Both the position numbers and the translations under genes were made by a program. A DNA stretch of 64,000 nt from an uncultured Candidatus Binatia bacterium (lineage in GTDB: Bacteria > Desulfobacterota > Binatia > Bin18), in contig CBDEWE010000003.1 of assembly GCA_965243855.1 (NCBI GenBank), positions 3,206,288 to 3,270,287 of the forward strand, in the 5' to 3' direction. Shown here one piece after another: positions 35,459 through 44,035 of the stretch (positions are counted from its first letter, which is position 1; each line of letters starts with the position of its first letter). The notes under the pieces are model-generated. The model did no database searches and had not been told where the DNA came from. It worked only from the letters and a program-made list of their open reading frames with translations.

Positions 35459-36190
35459 ATGGATACCGAAGCCATTCGGCAGGCACGCATTGATCTTACG
35501 GCCATACTGCGCTGGGCAGACCGGCTCGGCCTGAGTGAGGGCATCTGTAATCACTTCAGTCTGGTCGTCCCAGGCACGACAGACCGCTTTCTGATCAACC
35601 CTCAGGGCCTTCACTGGTCTGAGATGCAGACAAGCGACCTGCTCGTCGTCGACCCGGACGGAAACGTGATCGAAGGCAAGTGGCAGGTTGAGCCCACGGC
35701 CTTCTTTATCCATTCCCAGATTCACCGCGGTAACCCGTCTGCCCGGTGCGTGCTCCACACTCATATGCCGTATGCGACCGCCCTGTGCGCCATCGACGGC
35801 GGCCGTCTCGAATGGATCAGCCAGAATGCGCTACGCTTCTATCAGCGGGTTGCGTACGAAGAGGCGTATAACGGCCTTGCCCTGGACGAGGCGGAAGGGC
35901 AGCGGCTCAGGGAGAAGCTGACCGAGGGGAAGGTTGCCTTTCTCGCCAACCACGGCGTAATCGTAACCGGGCCGGACGTGGCAACCGCGTTCGACGACTT
36001 ATACTACCTGGAACGGGCATGCATGGTTCAGGTGCTGGCCCACTCAACCGGCTTGCCGCTCAAACGCATCTCCGATCAAGTGTGCCGTCATACGCGCGAT
36101 CAACTTGAAACGGCACGCCAACAAGCCGCCCTCCATCTGGAGGCGATCAAACGAATGCTGAAACGTGAGGCTCCCGAATTCCTGGAGTAA
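35459..36190 (+). CDS. class II aldolase/adducin family protein
   Basis: ~243 aa from ATG; ...GLSEGICNHFSLVVPGT...VLHTHMPYATAL... class II aldolase motifs. Confidence 0.75.
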   Translation: MDTEAIRQARIDLTAILRWADRLGLSEGICNHFSLVVPGTTDRFLINPQGLHWSEMQTSDLLVVDPDGNVIEGKWQVEPTAFFIHSQIHRGNPSARCVLHTHMPYATALCAIDGGRLEWISQNALRFYQRVAYEEAYNGLALDEAEGQRLREKLTEGKVAFLANHGVIVTGPDVATAFDDLYYLERACMVQVLAHSTGLPLKRISDQVCRHTRDQLETARQQAALHLEAIKRMLKREAPEFLE

Positions 36191-36204
36191 GTTCAATGCG
36201 AAAA

Positions 36205-36225
36205 GGGGGGCCTCCCGGCCCCCCC
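36205..36225. terminator. bidirectional rho-independent terminator GGGGGGCC-tccc-GGCCCCCCC
   Basis: 8-bp G/C stem flanked by AAAA on one side and TGCTTTG on the other, between convergent genes. Confidence 0.6.
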
Positions 36226-36248
36226 TGCTTTGATCAGGATTGTCTTGA

Positions 36249-36280
36249 TAATCCTGTAATCCTGTAATCCTGTAATCCTG
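36249..36280. repeat. 8-bp tandem repeat (TAATCCTG)x3 + TAATCCTA, preceded by inverted copy CAGGATT
   Basis: Direct reading of 36235..36285. Confidence 0.85.
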
Positions 36281-36296
36281 TAATCCTAATTGGTCT

Positions 36297-37184
36297 TTAG
36301 ACGTCCAGACGATAGCCGGCACCGTCTCGGACCAGCTTGCCGGCGGTTGGTCCGGCAAAATGGGTGCCGATGATCAGCGTCGGTGTATCCGCAAACTGCT
36401 CAAAGGTCCGCCAGCGAGTGGCCAGCGCCATATTGTTATCGACATCGAACGGGGTGCAGATATTCGGGTTATGGAACTGAATCGGGTGGTGAATGAAGTC
36501 CCCGGTAATCATGGCCGCCTCACCATTGGACTCAACCACGACCGAGCAGTGGCCGGGCGTATGGCCCGGCGTCGGGATCAGCCGGACCCCTTCACAAATC
36601 GTCGTCGGCGCGTCGATCGACTTGGCCAGACCGGCGTCAAAGACCGGCTGCATGGAGTCCTCAAACACGCGACGTTGAATATTGAAGAAGTCCACCGCAT
36701 CGGCCGGCAGGTTGGCGATCATGTCGTCGTCAATCTTGCCAAACAGTTCCAGGTCTTTCTGATCCATCAGATAGGATGCGTTCGGAAAGGTCGGGACCCA
36801 TTTGCCGTCAACCAACTTCGTGTTCCAGCCCACATGGTCAAGATGCAGGTGGGTACACATGACGTAGTCGATGCCGTCCGGGTCGTAACCGGCGGCCTTC
36901 ATGTCGTCCAGAAACGAGGTGGACAGATTGCTCATGATGTCTATGGGATCGCGGTTGCGGCCGTTGCCGATGCAGGTGTCCACCATCACGGTCGCACCGG
37001 GCGTGTCCACGATCAGCGCATGAATGCTCAGGGAGAGCATGCCTTCGGGCGTAACAAAGTGAGGAAAGAGCCACTCGACCTGTTTCACCACCTCGGGTGT
37101 TGCGGTCGGCAGCACATCCGAAAATTCCGGATACACGATCTCCTCAACCTTGGTGATTTTGGTATCACCTATCTGCCAATGCAT
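36297..37184 (-). CDS. MBL-fold metallo-hydrolase
   Basis: 295 aa; MCTHLHLDHVGWN metal-binding motif. Confidence 0.85.
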   Translation of the reverse strand: MHWQIGDTKITKVEEIVYPEFSDVLPTATPEVVKQVEWLFPHFVTPEGMLSLSIHALIVDTPGATVMVDTCIGNGRNRDPIDIMSNLSTSFLDDMKAAGYDPDGIDYVMCTHLHLDHVGWNTKLVDGKWVPTFPNASYLMDQKDLELFGKIDDDMIANLPADAVDFFNIQRRVFEDSMQPVFDAGLAKSIDAPTTICEGVRLIPTPGHTPGHCSVVVESNGEAAMITGDFIHHPIQFHNPNICTPFDVDNNMALATRWRTFEQFADTPTLIIGTHFAGPTAGKLVRDGAGYRLDV

Positions 37185-37244
37185 AATATCCTCCTGTTCT
37201 CTGCATTGTTCTGGCGTTTTTGTTGCTTGGTGTTGGGCCTTTTT

Positions 37245-37265
37245 CCGCTCCCACTAGGGGAGCGG
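37245..37265. terminator. hairpin CCGCTCCC-acta-GGGGAGCGG
   Basis: 8-bp stem downstream of VOC gene 37284..37808 (minus). Confidence 0.45.
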
Positions 37266-37283
37266 GCTTGCTTTGCAACTGGT

Positions 37284-37808
37284 CTATAGCGGTCCTGGTC
37301 GGACGGGGTCCTTGCCGTCCCAATTTTTTGCTGCGTCCTCAACTAGCATAAACAAATCCTTGAAGACAGCATTATTGTCCCACAGCTCGGTATAATGACC
37401 GATGGTGTTGACCGTATCAAAATACACCAGTTCGGCGTTGCCGACCGTGCACTCAAACGCGGCTTCATGGCCCAGCTCTTGATACTGGGCATAGGCGGCC
37501 TTGTAATCCTCGGGCATCAGGCCGAAATGATGGACGCCGACCCGACCGGCATCCAGAAACTCTTTGTAGACGGACGGCTCGTCGTTATGTTGCACGATCA
37601 ACTCGATCTGGAGAGCACCGCTATTGCCCAGGGCTAAGGTCACATCCACGTTCGAGGGATTGCCCCGGTAGCGCTGATTTCGGAGCGGACAGTGTTCAAA
37701 CAAATAGAACGGTCCGACCTTCAGCACATCCACCCAGTATTTGAGCGCGGCGTCCATGTCTTTGACCACATAGGCCAACTGACGAACGGTATACAGCGGT
37801 TGTGTCAT
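37284..37808 (-). CDS. VOC family protein
   Basis: 174 aa; LYTVRQLAYVVKDMDAALKYWVDVLKVGPF and GVHHFGLM VOC signatures. Confidence 0.75.
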   Translation of the reverse strand: MTQPLYTVRQLAYVVKDMDAALKYWVDVLKVGPFYLFEHCPLRNQRYRGNPSNVDVTLALGNSGALQIELIVQHNDEPSVYKEFLDAGRVGVHHFGLMPEDYKAAYAQYQELGHEAAFECTVGNAELVYFDTVNTIGHYTELWDNNAVFKDLFMLVEDAAKNWDGKDPVRPGPL

Positions 37809-37993
37809 CTGATTCCCCCCTTGTGTAAATATTCGATCACGGTCAGGATCAGGCAGTTGAGCCAGCCGGACTGTTAGCGTCTTAGCTTACATCGGAGTGA
37901 TCGACAAGGATAAGTGTCCACCAGTGTGGGCGTACGGACCACGAACCCGGCTGACCTGCCTGGAGCGGGTGTACACGTTAGGAGGAGAATTCC

Positions 37994-38242
37994 TTGGACT
38001 CGCCAAAAATTGAGTATCCGTGCACTTGGTCGTTCAAGATCATTGGTTCCGATGCCGCCCAGATCACGGATGCCGTAGTCATGATGCTCGAAGCGTTCGA
38101 ATATCAGTTCGGCGAATCGCGCCACAGTCGGACGGGGAAGTACACGTCGTTTAATCTCTCCGTTCACGTCAAGAGCGAACAAGAGCGGCTGGCCATATTC
38201 AGCGGCCTCAAGCGTATTCCGAGTGTCAAAGTAATCCTGTAA
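37994..38242 (+). CDS. DUF493 (YbeD/UPF0250) family protein
   Basis: 82 aa; YPCTWSFKIIG... signature; TTG start with RBS AGGAGGA. Confidence 0.65.
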   Translation: MDSPKIEYPCTWSFKIIGSDAAQITDAVVMMLEAFEYQFGESRHSRTGKYTSFNLSVHVKSEQERLAIFSGLKRIPSVKVIL

Positions 38243-38275
38243 GTAAGAAGACACCTATCAAAAAGGAGATTTCGT

Positions 38276-39505
38276 ATGAAGTTCATGTATTTTTGTCTGC
38301 CGTCCATTCCCGCCACTCCCCAAGAGCGGAAAGACCTCCGACCCATTGCCCACCACACCGAGCGCTGGCAAAAAATGTTCGACGAGGTTGCCGAGATTGC
38401 GCGTATGGTGGAAGACCTGGGCTTCACCGGCGTCGGCTTCCCCGAGCATCATCTTCATACCGAAGGCATGGAGATCGGCAGCCTGCCCCTTCTGACCCAA
38501 TACGTCATTCACCAGACCTCAACGCTCAAGGTCGGCCCCATCGGCTACGTCCTGCCGGGCTGGAACCCGCTGCGGCTCGCCCTTGAGATTGCCTGGCTCG
38601 ACCAGCTCACCAAAGGGCGCACGCATGTCGGGTTCGCCCGCGGGTATCAATCCCGCTGGCTCAGTCCCATGGCGCAGAAGATTCACGTCGGCGCAACGGC
38701 CAGCGATCAGAGCGACGTCGACATGCGTAATCGCGAGGCGTTTGAGGAGGTGTTTCAGATTTTGAAACTGGCCTGGAAGGATGAACCCTTTCGGTTCAAG
38801 GGCAAACACTACGAGTATCCGTACCCGTATGAGGAAGGCACTCCCTGGCAAGCCCACGAATGGACACGCGAACACGGCTCTCCGGGCGAGGTCGATGACA
38901 ACGGCCGAGTCCAGATGATCGACGTCGTACCCAAGCCGTATCAGAAGCCCCACCCCACCCTCTTCCAAGCCTTCTCCATGAGCGAGGCCACCGTCCGCTG
39001 GTGTGCCAGGGAGAATATTGTGCCGACCCTGTTCATCTCTGACCACGATCAGGTACGCTTTTTTGCCGAGACCCACGTCGAAGAAGCCAAGACCGCGGGC
39101 CGTACCCTCAAGTTCGGCGAGTCGCTCGGTGTGCTGCGCGCCATCTACCCCGGAGACACCCAAGAGGCTGCCAAGAAGATGCTCGCCGCCGGTTTTTGTG
39201 GCTATGGCTTTCAGAATTTCTTCTACCATTTCGGCTTTCTTGAAGCCTTTCGTACCGAAGCCGACAACAAGAAATACGGCGAGGGGCCGATGCCGGCCTC
39301 CGAAGCCACTCCCGAACGGATGATCGGCTCGAACTTTGCCCTGGCCGGAACAACGAGCGATATCCGCCGCGCCATGGATCAGCTCATCGAAGCGGGAAAT
39401 CCGGAGTGGTTTATCTGGCAGGGCGACCAGGGGCTCCTGCCTATTGAAGAAGTCAAACGCTCCATCAGGAAGGTCGGTGAGGAAGTCCTGCCGTACTATA
39501 TGTAG
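38276..39505 (+). CDS. LLM-class flavin-dependent oxidoreductase (luciferase-like monooxygenase)
   Basis: 409 aa; N-terminal MKFMYFCLP..., GFTGVGFPEHH region typical of LLM TIM-barrel enzymes. Confidence 0.8.
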   Translation: MKFMYFCLPSIPATPQERKDLRPIAHHTERWQKMFDEVAEIARMVEDLGFTGVGFPEHHLHTEGMEIGSLPLLTQYVIHQTSTLKVGPIGYVLPGWNPLRLALEIAWLDQLTKGRTHVGFARGYQSRWLSPMAQKIHVGATASDQSDVDMRNREAFEEVFQILKLAWKDEPFRFKGKHYEYPYPYEEGTPWQAHEWTREHGSPGEVDDNGRVQMIDVVPKPYQKPHPTLFQAFSMSEATVRWCARENIVPTLFISDHDQVRFFAETHVEEAKTAGRTLKFGESLGVLRAIYPGDTQEAAKKMLAAGFCGYGFQNFFYHFGFLEAFRTEADNKKYGEGPMPASEATPERMIGSNFALAGTTSDIRRAMDQLIEAGNPEWFIWQGDQGLLPIEEVKRSIRKVGEEVLPYYM

Positions 39506-39607
39506 GGCGTTCTCGACCTGAACACCGCGGCCAGTAATCAGCGGGCCAGTGTTACGTCGGTCGATGCACCGCCACGCGAATTTACAGAGACATATAAGAG
39601 GAGAGAG

Positions 39608-41716
39608 ATGAGTACAAAGTGGAACACCATTATGAGTGTGCTCGCAGTGTATATGTTGACGGCCAGTCATGCCCTGGCGGTAGAATGGGAGGTCTGGCTG
39701 TCCGACCAATCGAATAGTGCCGATATCAGCCCCGAGAACCCCACCGGAACCTTTGGCAGCCGGATTCTCATCTACGAAGGCCGCGACATCATGGCAGCGC
39801 CACCCGGAACATATGCGGAAGACCATGAGGCATATGCCCCGGCTGTCATCGAAGCGGACAATGTCTTTCCACACGCCCTCTCGGCACTCGGCGTGCACGT
39901 CGAGCGTCTACACGGCATGTTACCCCATCCGTCCCATCGATATATGAATACGAACTTCTTTGGGCCGGGCGTCGGGCTGGTCGGCATTATCGATGCGGAG
40001 GGACAATGCACGCTATCAGACAACGGGGTCAAGCAATGTGGACCGATTCAAGGGGGACCGCGTGAGGCGGAGAAGTTGGCCAAAGCCCTCTTTCGGACTA
40101 CTGGACCGGAAGGCTCCGTGCCCTCAAATCATATGTCCTTTTGGACGGCGGATGGCACCAAGCTGATCGTGGCCAATCTTGGCGCAAAGCTGTTGGAACG
40201 CATTGATTACGATGCAGAGACCGACACCTTCACTTTCAACAAAGCGGCCACACTCGATTTGGTAGGGGATCGAGACCTGACCGCCATAGAAGCGATGGCC
40301 GATTCCACCTTACCCGCTGGGCAGGTGAGTGGGGAGTATGCCAATTTCCAAACGATATACACGCCAAGCGGTGCGCTCAAGGAAGGGCCGGGGCGGCCCA
40401 ATAACGTCGTCGTTTGCCCTATCCCTAGCAGCAATAATCAGCATGTGTATGTCACGTTCGGCGGGGGCGGCCTGTTTGTGGTCGATCTTACGACTGAACC
40501 GATGTCCATCGTTGCCGAATATACCAATGACGTCATCAGTGGCGCTGGGTGTGGCGGCGCGGAAGGGGGCGGCTTTATGCATCTGAACGCGGGTGTCTCC
40601 GCGAGTGCCGCAGGCGCGGATGACTCCGTGTTCATCATGTATCGTCTGCCGCTCGACTACCCTGATGGCGCAAGCCCTCACACGACGCCGAATATGCCGT
40701 CGGTCGTCAAGTTTTTTGAAGAGAAAACACTGGGGATCACCTCTGAAGAGGCGCTGGCCAGTCGTCGTGATGCCCACGGCATGACCATTTCGCCCACCCG
40801 TCGGTACCTCTATCAGTTTGACCGAGTTCAAAATAATGCCGAAGTGTTCGATCTGGGTAAGGTTATCAACGATCCCGACGCAACGCTGGAAGAGCAGGCA
40901 GAGGCGCATGTGGGTACTATTGATCTCACTGAGTCAGAATGGTGTGTTGGCGAAGGAGCGCCCTTTGTCAACCAGGATGATGAAGACTATGAATTCAACG
41001 ACGATCCTGCCCCAGACCTCGTTGATATTACTCCCGATGGCAGCCGGCTCATCGTCTCCTTCCGGGGTCCGCATCCCGTTACCGTGAAGCACGCGGCGTT
41101 GGGCAGTTGCCCTGGGTTCGGGGTGGTCACGCTCGATGGCGATGGATCAACCGGCACACTGACCCATGTATTCCGAACCTTCCTGTCTGACGCGACCGGC
41201 ACCAAAAATCTGAGTGACATTCATGCGGCGGCCGTTCGGATCAAAGGGCCAAACGTCGTGCCCTCATTCCGTCACAGCGAACCGCCAGTGTCGACCGGGC
41301 CTCAGCGAGGAGTGCTAGAGAATCCGGGCCCAATGTCCTTTCAGAGCGGTATTGGGACAATCTGGGGCTGGGTGTGTGCAGCCGACGAGATGACTATTGA
41401 GATCAACGGGCGGGCTCAACCCGCGAGCTATGGCATGAAGCGTCCGGATACAAAAGCCGTGTGTGGTGACACGTACAACGGCTTTGAGCTATTGCTCAAC
41501 TGGAATCTGCTAGGTGACGGGGAGCATATGGTGGTGGCCAAGGCAGATGGGGTAGAGTTGGGCCGAGCGACGGTACAGGTGACAACGCTGGGCGAGGAAT
41601 TCTTGCAGGGAGCCGAGGGAGAATGTGTGGTGACGAACTTCCCGATGCCTGGAGAGATGGTCACGCTAGAATGGCAGCAGAATAGTCAGAATTTTGTCAT
41701 TACCGATAGGCAGTGA
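39608..41716 (+). CDS. secreted beta-propeller-repeat protein (YVTN/lactonase-like blades) with Cys-containing C-terminal domain; function unknown
   Basis: 702 aa; signal peptide; repeated ...LIVANLG / ...HVYVTFGGGGLFVVDL / ...ITPDGSRLIVSF blade-like segments; visibly lower GC than neighbours. Confidence 0.5.
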   Translation: MSTKWNTIMSVLAVYMLTASHALAVEWEVWLSDQSNSADISPENPTGTFGSRILIYEGRDIMAAPPGTYAEDHEAYAPAVIEADNVFPHALSALGVHVERLHGMLPHPSHRYMNTNFFGPGVGLVGIIDAEGQCTLSDNGVKQCGPIQGGPREAEKLAKALFRTTGPEGSVPSNHMSFWTADGTKLIVANLGAKLLERIDYDAETDTFTFNKAATLDLVGDRDLTAIEAMADSTLPAGQVSGEYANFQTIYTPSGALKEGPGRPNNVVVCPIPSSNNQHVYVTFGGGGLFVVDLTTEPMSIVAEYTNDVISGAGCGGAEGGGFMHLNAGVSASAAGADDSVFIMYRLPLDYPDGASPHTTPNMPSVVKFFEEKTLGITSEEALASRRDAHGMTISPTRRYLYQFDRVQNNAEVFDLGKVINDPDATLEEQAEAHVGTIDLTESEWCVGEGAPFVNQDDEDYEFNDDPAPDLVDITPDGSRLIVSFRGPHPVTVKHAALGSCPGFGVVTLDGDGSTGTLTHVFRTFLSDATGTKNLSDIHAAAVRIKGPNVVPSFRHSEPPVSTGPQRGVLENPGPMSFQSGIGTIWGWVCAADEMTIEINGRAQPASYGMKRPDTKAVCGDTYNGFELLLNWNLLGDGEHMVVAKADGVELGRATVQVTTLGEEFLQGAEGECVVTNFPMPGEMVTLEWQQNSQNFVITDRQ

Positions 41717-42099
41717 TGGGGATACGGCGGCGGAGGCGGGCCAAGCGACTCTAACCGAACAGGTCGCCTTCGCCGCGGACATGTTGCTGGCGCTGCCGGT
41801 CGAATTCGTTCCGGTACCGCTCCTGGGTTGTGGCCCAGCCCCTGCCAGTCGCTCGACCCAATCCTTGGCCGTGAATTCAGCGGTTGTCATTAATATTCCC
41901 TGCTACGGTCCTACCGCGCATGCGGGAGGTATTGGAATAGGTATGCGGAACGCTCCGAACGCCGTGGCTATGCCCAGGCTTGACCCGCCCTGGTGCGCAA
42001 CTTCAGCAATGAGGGCGGTGGGCTCGGCCGTGGCGGTGTTGGTCGCCAGAACTTGCGGCCGTAACGCACCGGCTGCGGGCGGGTCATCACCCTTCCCTG

Positions 42100-42369
42100 T
42101 CACGCGGCCGCCCTCTCCTGACGCAGCCGCTCTTGGGCCAAGTCGTACTGCGCCTGGCGTCGGACCCAGAACGCGGCGTTGCTCCATCCGAGACGTTCCA
42201 AAGCCAACGCCATCGCCGGCGAGATGCCGGTGCGGCCATTCAGCAGCCGCGAGAACGTCTGCCGGGTGCAGCCCAGCTTGGCGGCCGTCTCGGTCACGGT
42301 CCAGCCTGCGGCCGCCATTGCGTCCCGTAGGCTTTCGCCAGGGTGCGTGGGGTCGTACATCGTCGCCAT
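42100..42369 (-). CDS. higA: HigA-family antitoxin (XRE-type HTH)
   Basis: 89 aa; ...ESLRDAMAAAGWTVTETAAKLGCTRQTFSRLLNGRTGISPAMALALERL typical HigA. Confidence 0.85.
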   Translation of the reverse strand: MATMYDPTHPGESLRDAMAAAGWTVTETAAKLGCTRQTFSRLLNGRTGISPAMALALERLGWSNAAFWVRRQAQYDLAQERLRQERAAA

Positions 42370-42398
42370 GAGTCGTCTCCTCTTCAGATAGGTAAACC

Positions 42399-42650
42399 CT
42401 AGTGGTAATCGAGCAGGTCCACGTCTGCGACCTCGCCATTCACAAAGCGGAAGATGATGCGCCGGTTTCCAGAGACGCGCACACTCCAGTAGCCGCGACG
42501 GTCGCCTGTTAGCCGGTGGAGTCGATAGCCGGGCATATCCAGGTCCCTCGGTCCTATTGCCGCATCCATGTCTGACAGTATGCGCCGAATCCGCGGAACC
42601 AGGTCCGTAGGGAGGTGGCGTGCATCTCCTCGCTCGAAAAATGTCCGCAA
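42399..42650 (-). CDS. higB: HigB toxin (RelE/ParE superfamily)
   Basis: 83 aa; ...HRLTGDRRGYWSVRVSGNRRIIFRFVNGEVADVDLLDYH typical HigB C-terminus; immediately upstream of higA. Confidence 0.85.
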   Translation of the reverse strand: MRTFFERGDARHLPTDLVPRIRRILSDMDAAIGPRDLDMPGYRLHRLTGDRRGYWSVRVSGNRRIIFRFVNGEVADVDLLDYH

Positions 42651-42678
42651 GCCCTTGTGTTTAATGTTGATCCGTCAA

Positions 42679-42706
42679 TTGTCACATGCCACGTTCCATG
42701 TGACAA
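42679..42706. promoter_or_regulatory. operator-like palindrome TTGTCACATG-ccacgttc-CATGTGACAA upstream of higBA
   Basis: Perfect 10-bp inverted repeat 29-56 bp upstream of the higB start codon. Confidence 0.55.
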
Positions 42707-42854
42707 TCCCTATCTCCGTAATGTTGACAGGGCCAAGCAGGATGCTATGGGGGCGGAGATAAAGATGTATGGGTTGATGTAGAACCGCACGCTGGCAAAG
42801 GCGTCGCTCGGACCGATTCATGTTGGGCCAAGGTCCTCCTAACAGAGGAATTCT

Positions 42855-43994
42855 ATGAAGTTTGGAATCTTTCTCCCGAATGGTAGCAACGGCTATATCC
42901 TAAGCAAAGCGATTCCGCCGTATATGCCAACCTGGGAGCTGAACAGAGATATTACCCTTGAAGCCGAGCGTCTCGGATTCGATTTCGTCTTATCAATGAT
43001 GAAATTTCGTGGGTTTGGGGGCGAGACGGGATATTGGGATGGGTGCCTGGAGTCGTTCTCACTGACCTCGGCCCTCGCCACCGTAACGCGGCGGATCGGC
43101 TTGATTCCGACCGTCGCTCTGCTTGCGCTTCACCCGGCTTATGTCGCGCGCACCATGGCAACCCTGGATGATATTAGCGGTGGTCGGGCTGGGCTCAATA
43201 TTGTCACCGGCTGGAATAAGCCTGAGTATGCCCAGATGGGTCTCTGGCGTGGGGATGCGTATTACGAGCAACGCTATGCGTATGCGCTCGACTACGTCCA
43301 CGTGCTACGGACCTTGTGGAGAGATGGGACCATCACCCACCACAGCGCCTACTTTGATCTGGACGACTGTCAGTGTTTTCCCACTCCCACTCACGAGATT
43401 CCCCTGGTCTCCGCAGGGCAGTCGAGCACTGGACAAGATTTTGTCTCTCAGATTGGTGGACACAGTTTTGCGATGGCCCCTCCCGAACGGCTGCATACTA
43501 TTGCCTCCGGCCTCAAGCAGGCTGGAGCAAAGTACGGGACGCGGGTGGGCACCTACGGCTTGTTTCAAATTGTCACAGCAGAAACCGACGACCTGGCCTG
43601 GCAAACCGCCTCGGATATTGCCGCCGGGGGCGATATAGAGGCCATCAAGTCGATGCTCTACTCGGCAAGTCTGGACACGGTCAAGGATGGGACATCGGAC
43701 CAGTTCCGGAATGCAGATGCCGACGCTGATGCAGCCTTGCTGGCCGGGGACATTGAGAGCGGGAATATGGCGTTTATGAGCGTACCGGCCCTGATCGGTT
43801 CGTATGAAACGGTCGCTCGAAAAATCAACCGCATTGCTGAGGACCGGAATATCGAAGGCATGGTGCTCTGCTGGCCAGACTGGGTCGCAGGGGTTCGGAC
43901 CTTTGGCGAGCAGGTGTTTCCACTGCTCGACTGTCGGAAAAATTGGGACGGAGAAACCATGGGGGACCTACGGACACTTCGGACTGACTGCTGA
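42855..43994 (+). CDS. LLM-class flavin-dependent oxidoreductase
   Basis: 379 aa; MKFGIFLPNGSNGYILS... and LGFDFVLSM... LLM signatures. Confidence 0.8.
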   Translation: MKFGIFLPNGSNGYILSKAIPPYMPTWELNRDITLEAERLGFDFVLSMMKFRGFGGETGYWDGCLESFSLTSALATVTRRIGLIPTVALLALHPAYVARTMATLDDISGGRAGLNIVTGWNKPEYAQMGLWRGDAYYEQRYAYALDYVHVLRTLWRDGTITHHSAYFDLDDCQCFPTPTHEIPLVSAGQSSTGQDFVSQIGGHSFAMAPPERLHTIASGLKQAGAKYGTRVGTYGLFQIVTAETDDLAWQTASDIAAGGDIEAIKSMLYSASLDTVKDGTSDQFRNADADADAALLAGDIESGNMAFMSVPALIGSYETVARKINRIAEDRNIEGMVLCWPDWVAGVRTFGEQVFPLLDCRKNWDGETMGDLRTLRTDC

Positions 43995-44035
43995 ACCGCC
44001 ATCCTCTCCGCCCATCGATTCAGGAGGAGAAATCG

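Noticed and set aside
36249-36280. Possible CRISPR array
   Set aside because: Only a contiguous 8-bp microsatellite with no spacers. No repeat-spacer architecture or cas genes anywhere in the window.
38519-39898. 459-aa minus-strand ORF
   Set aside because: Entirely antisense to the well-supported LLM oxidoreductase gene 38276..39505; no start context.
41694-42439. ORFs 41694..42371 (+) and 41903..42439 (-) in the GC-rich gap after the 702-aa gene
   Set aside because: They overlap higA/higB in alternative frames and have no RBS. The gap may hold a gene remnant (41666..41890 begins MTTAEFTAKDWVERLAG) but nothing intact.
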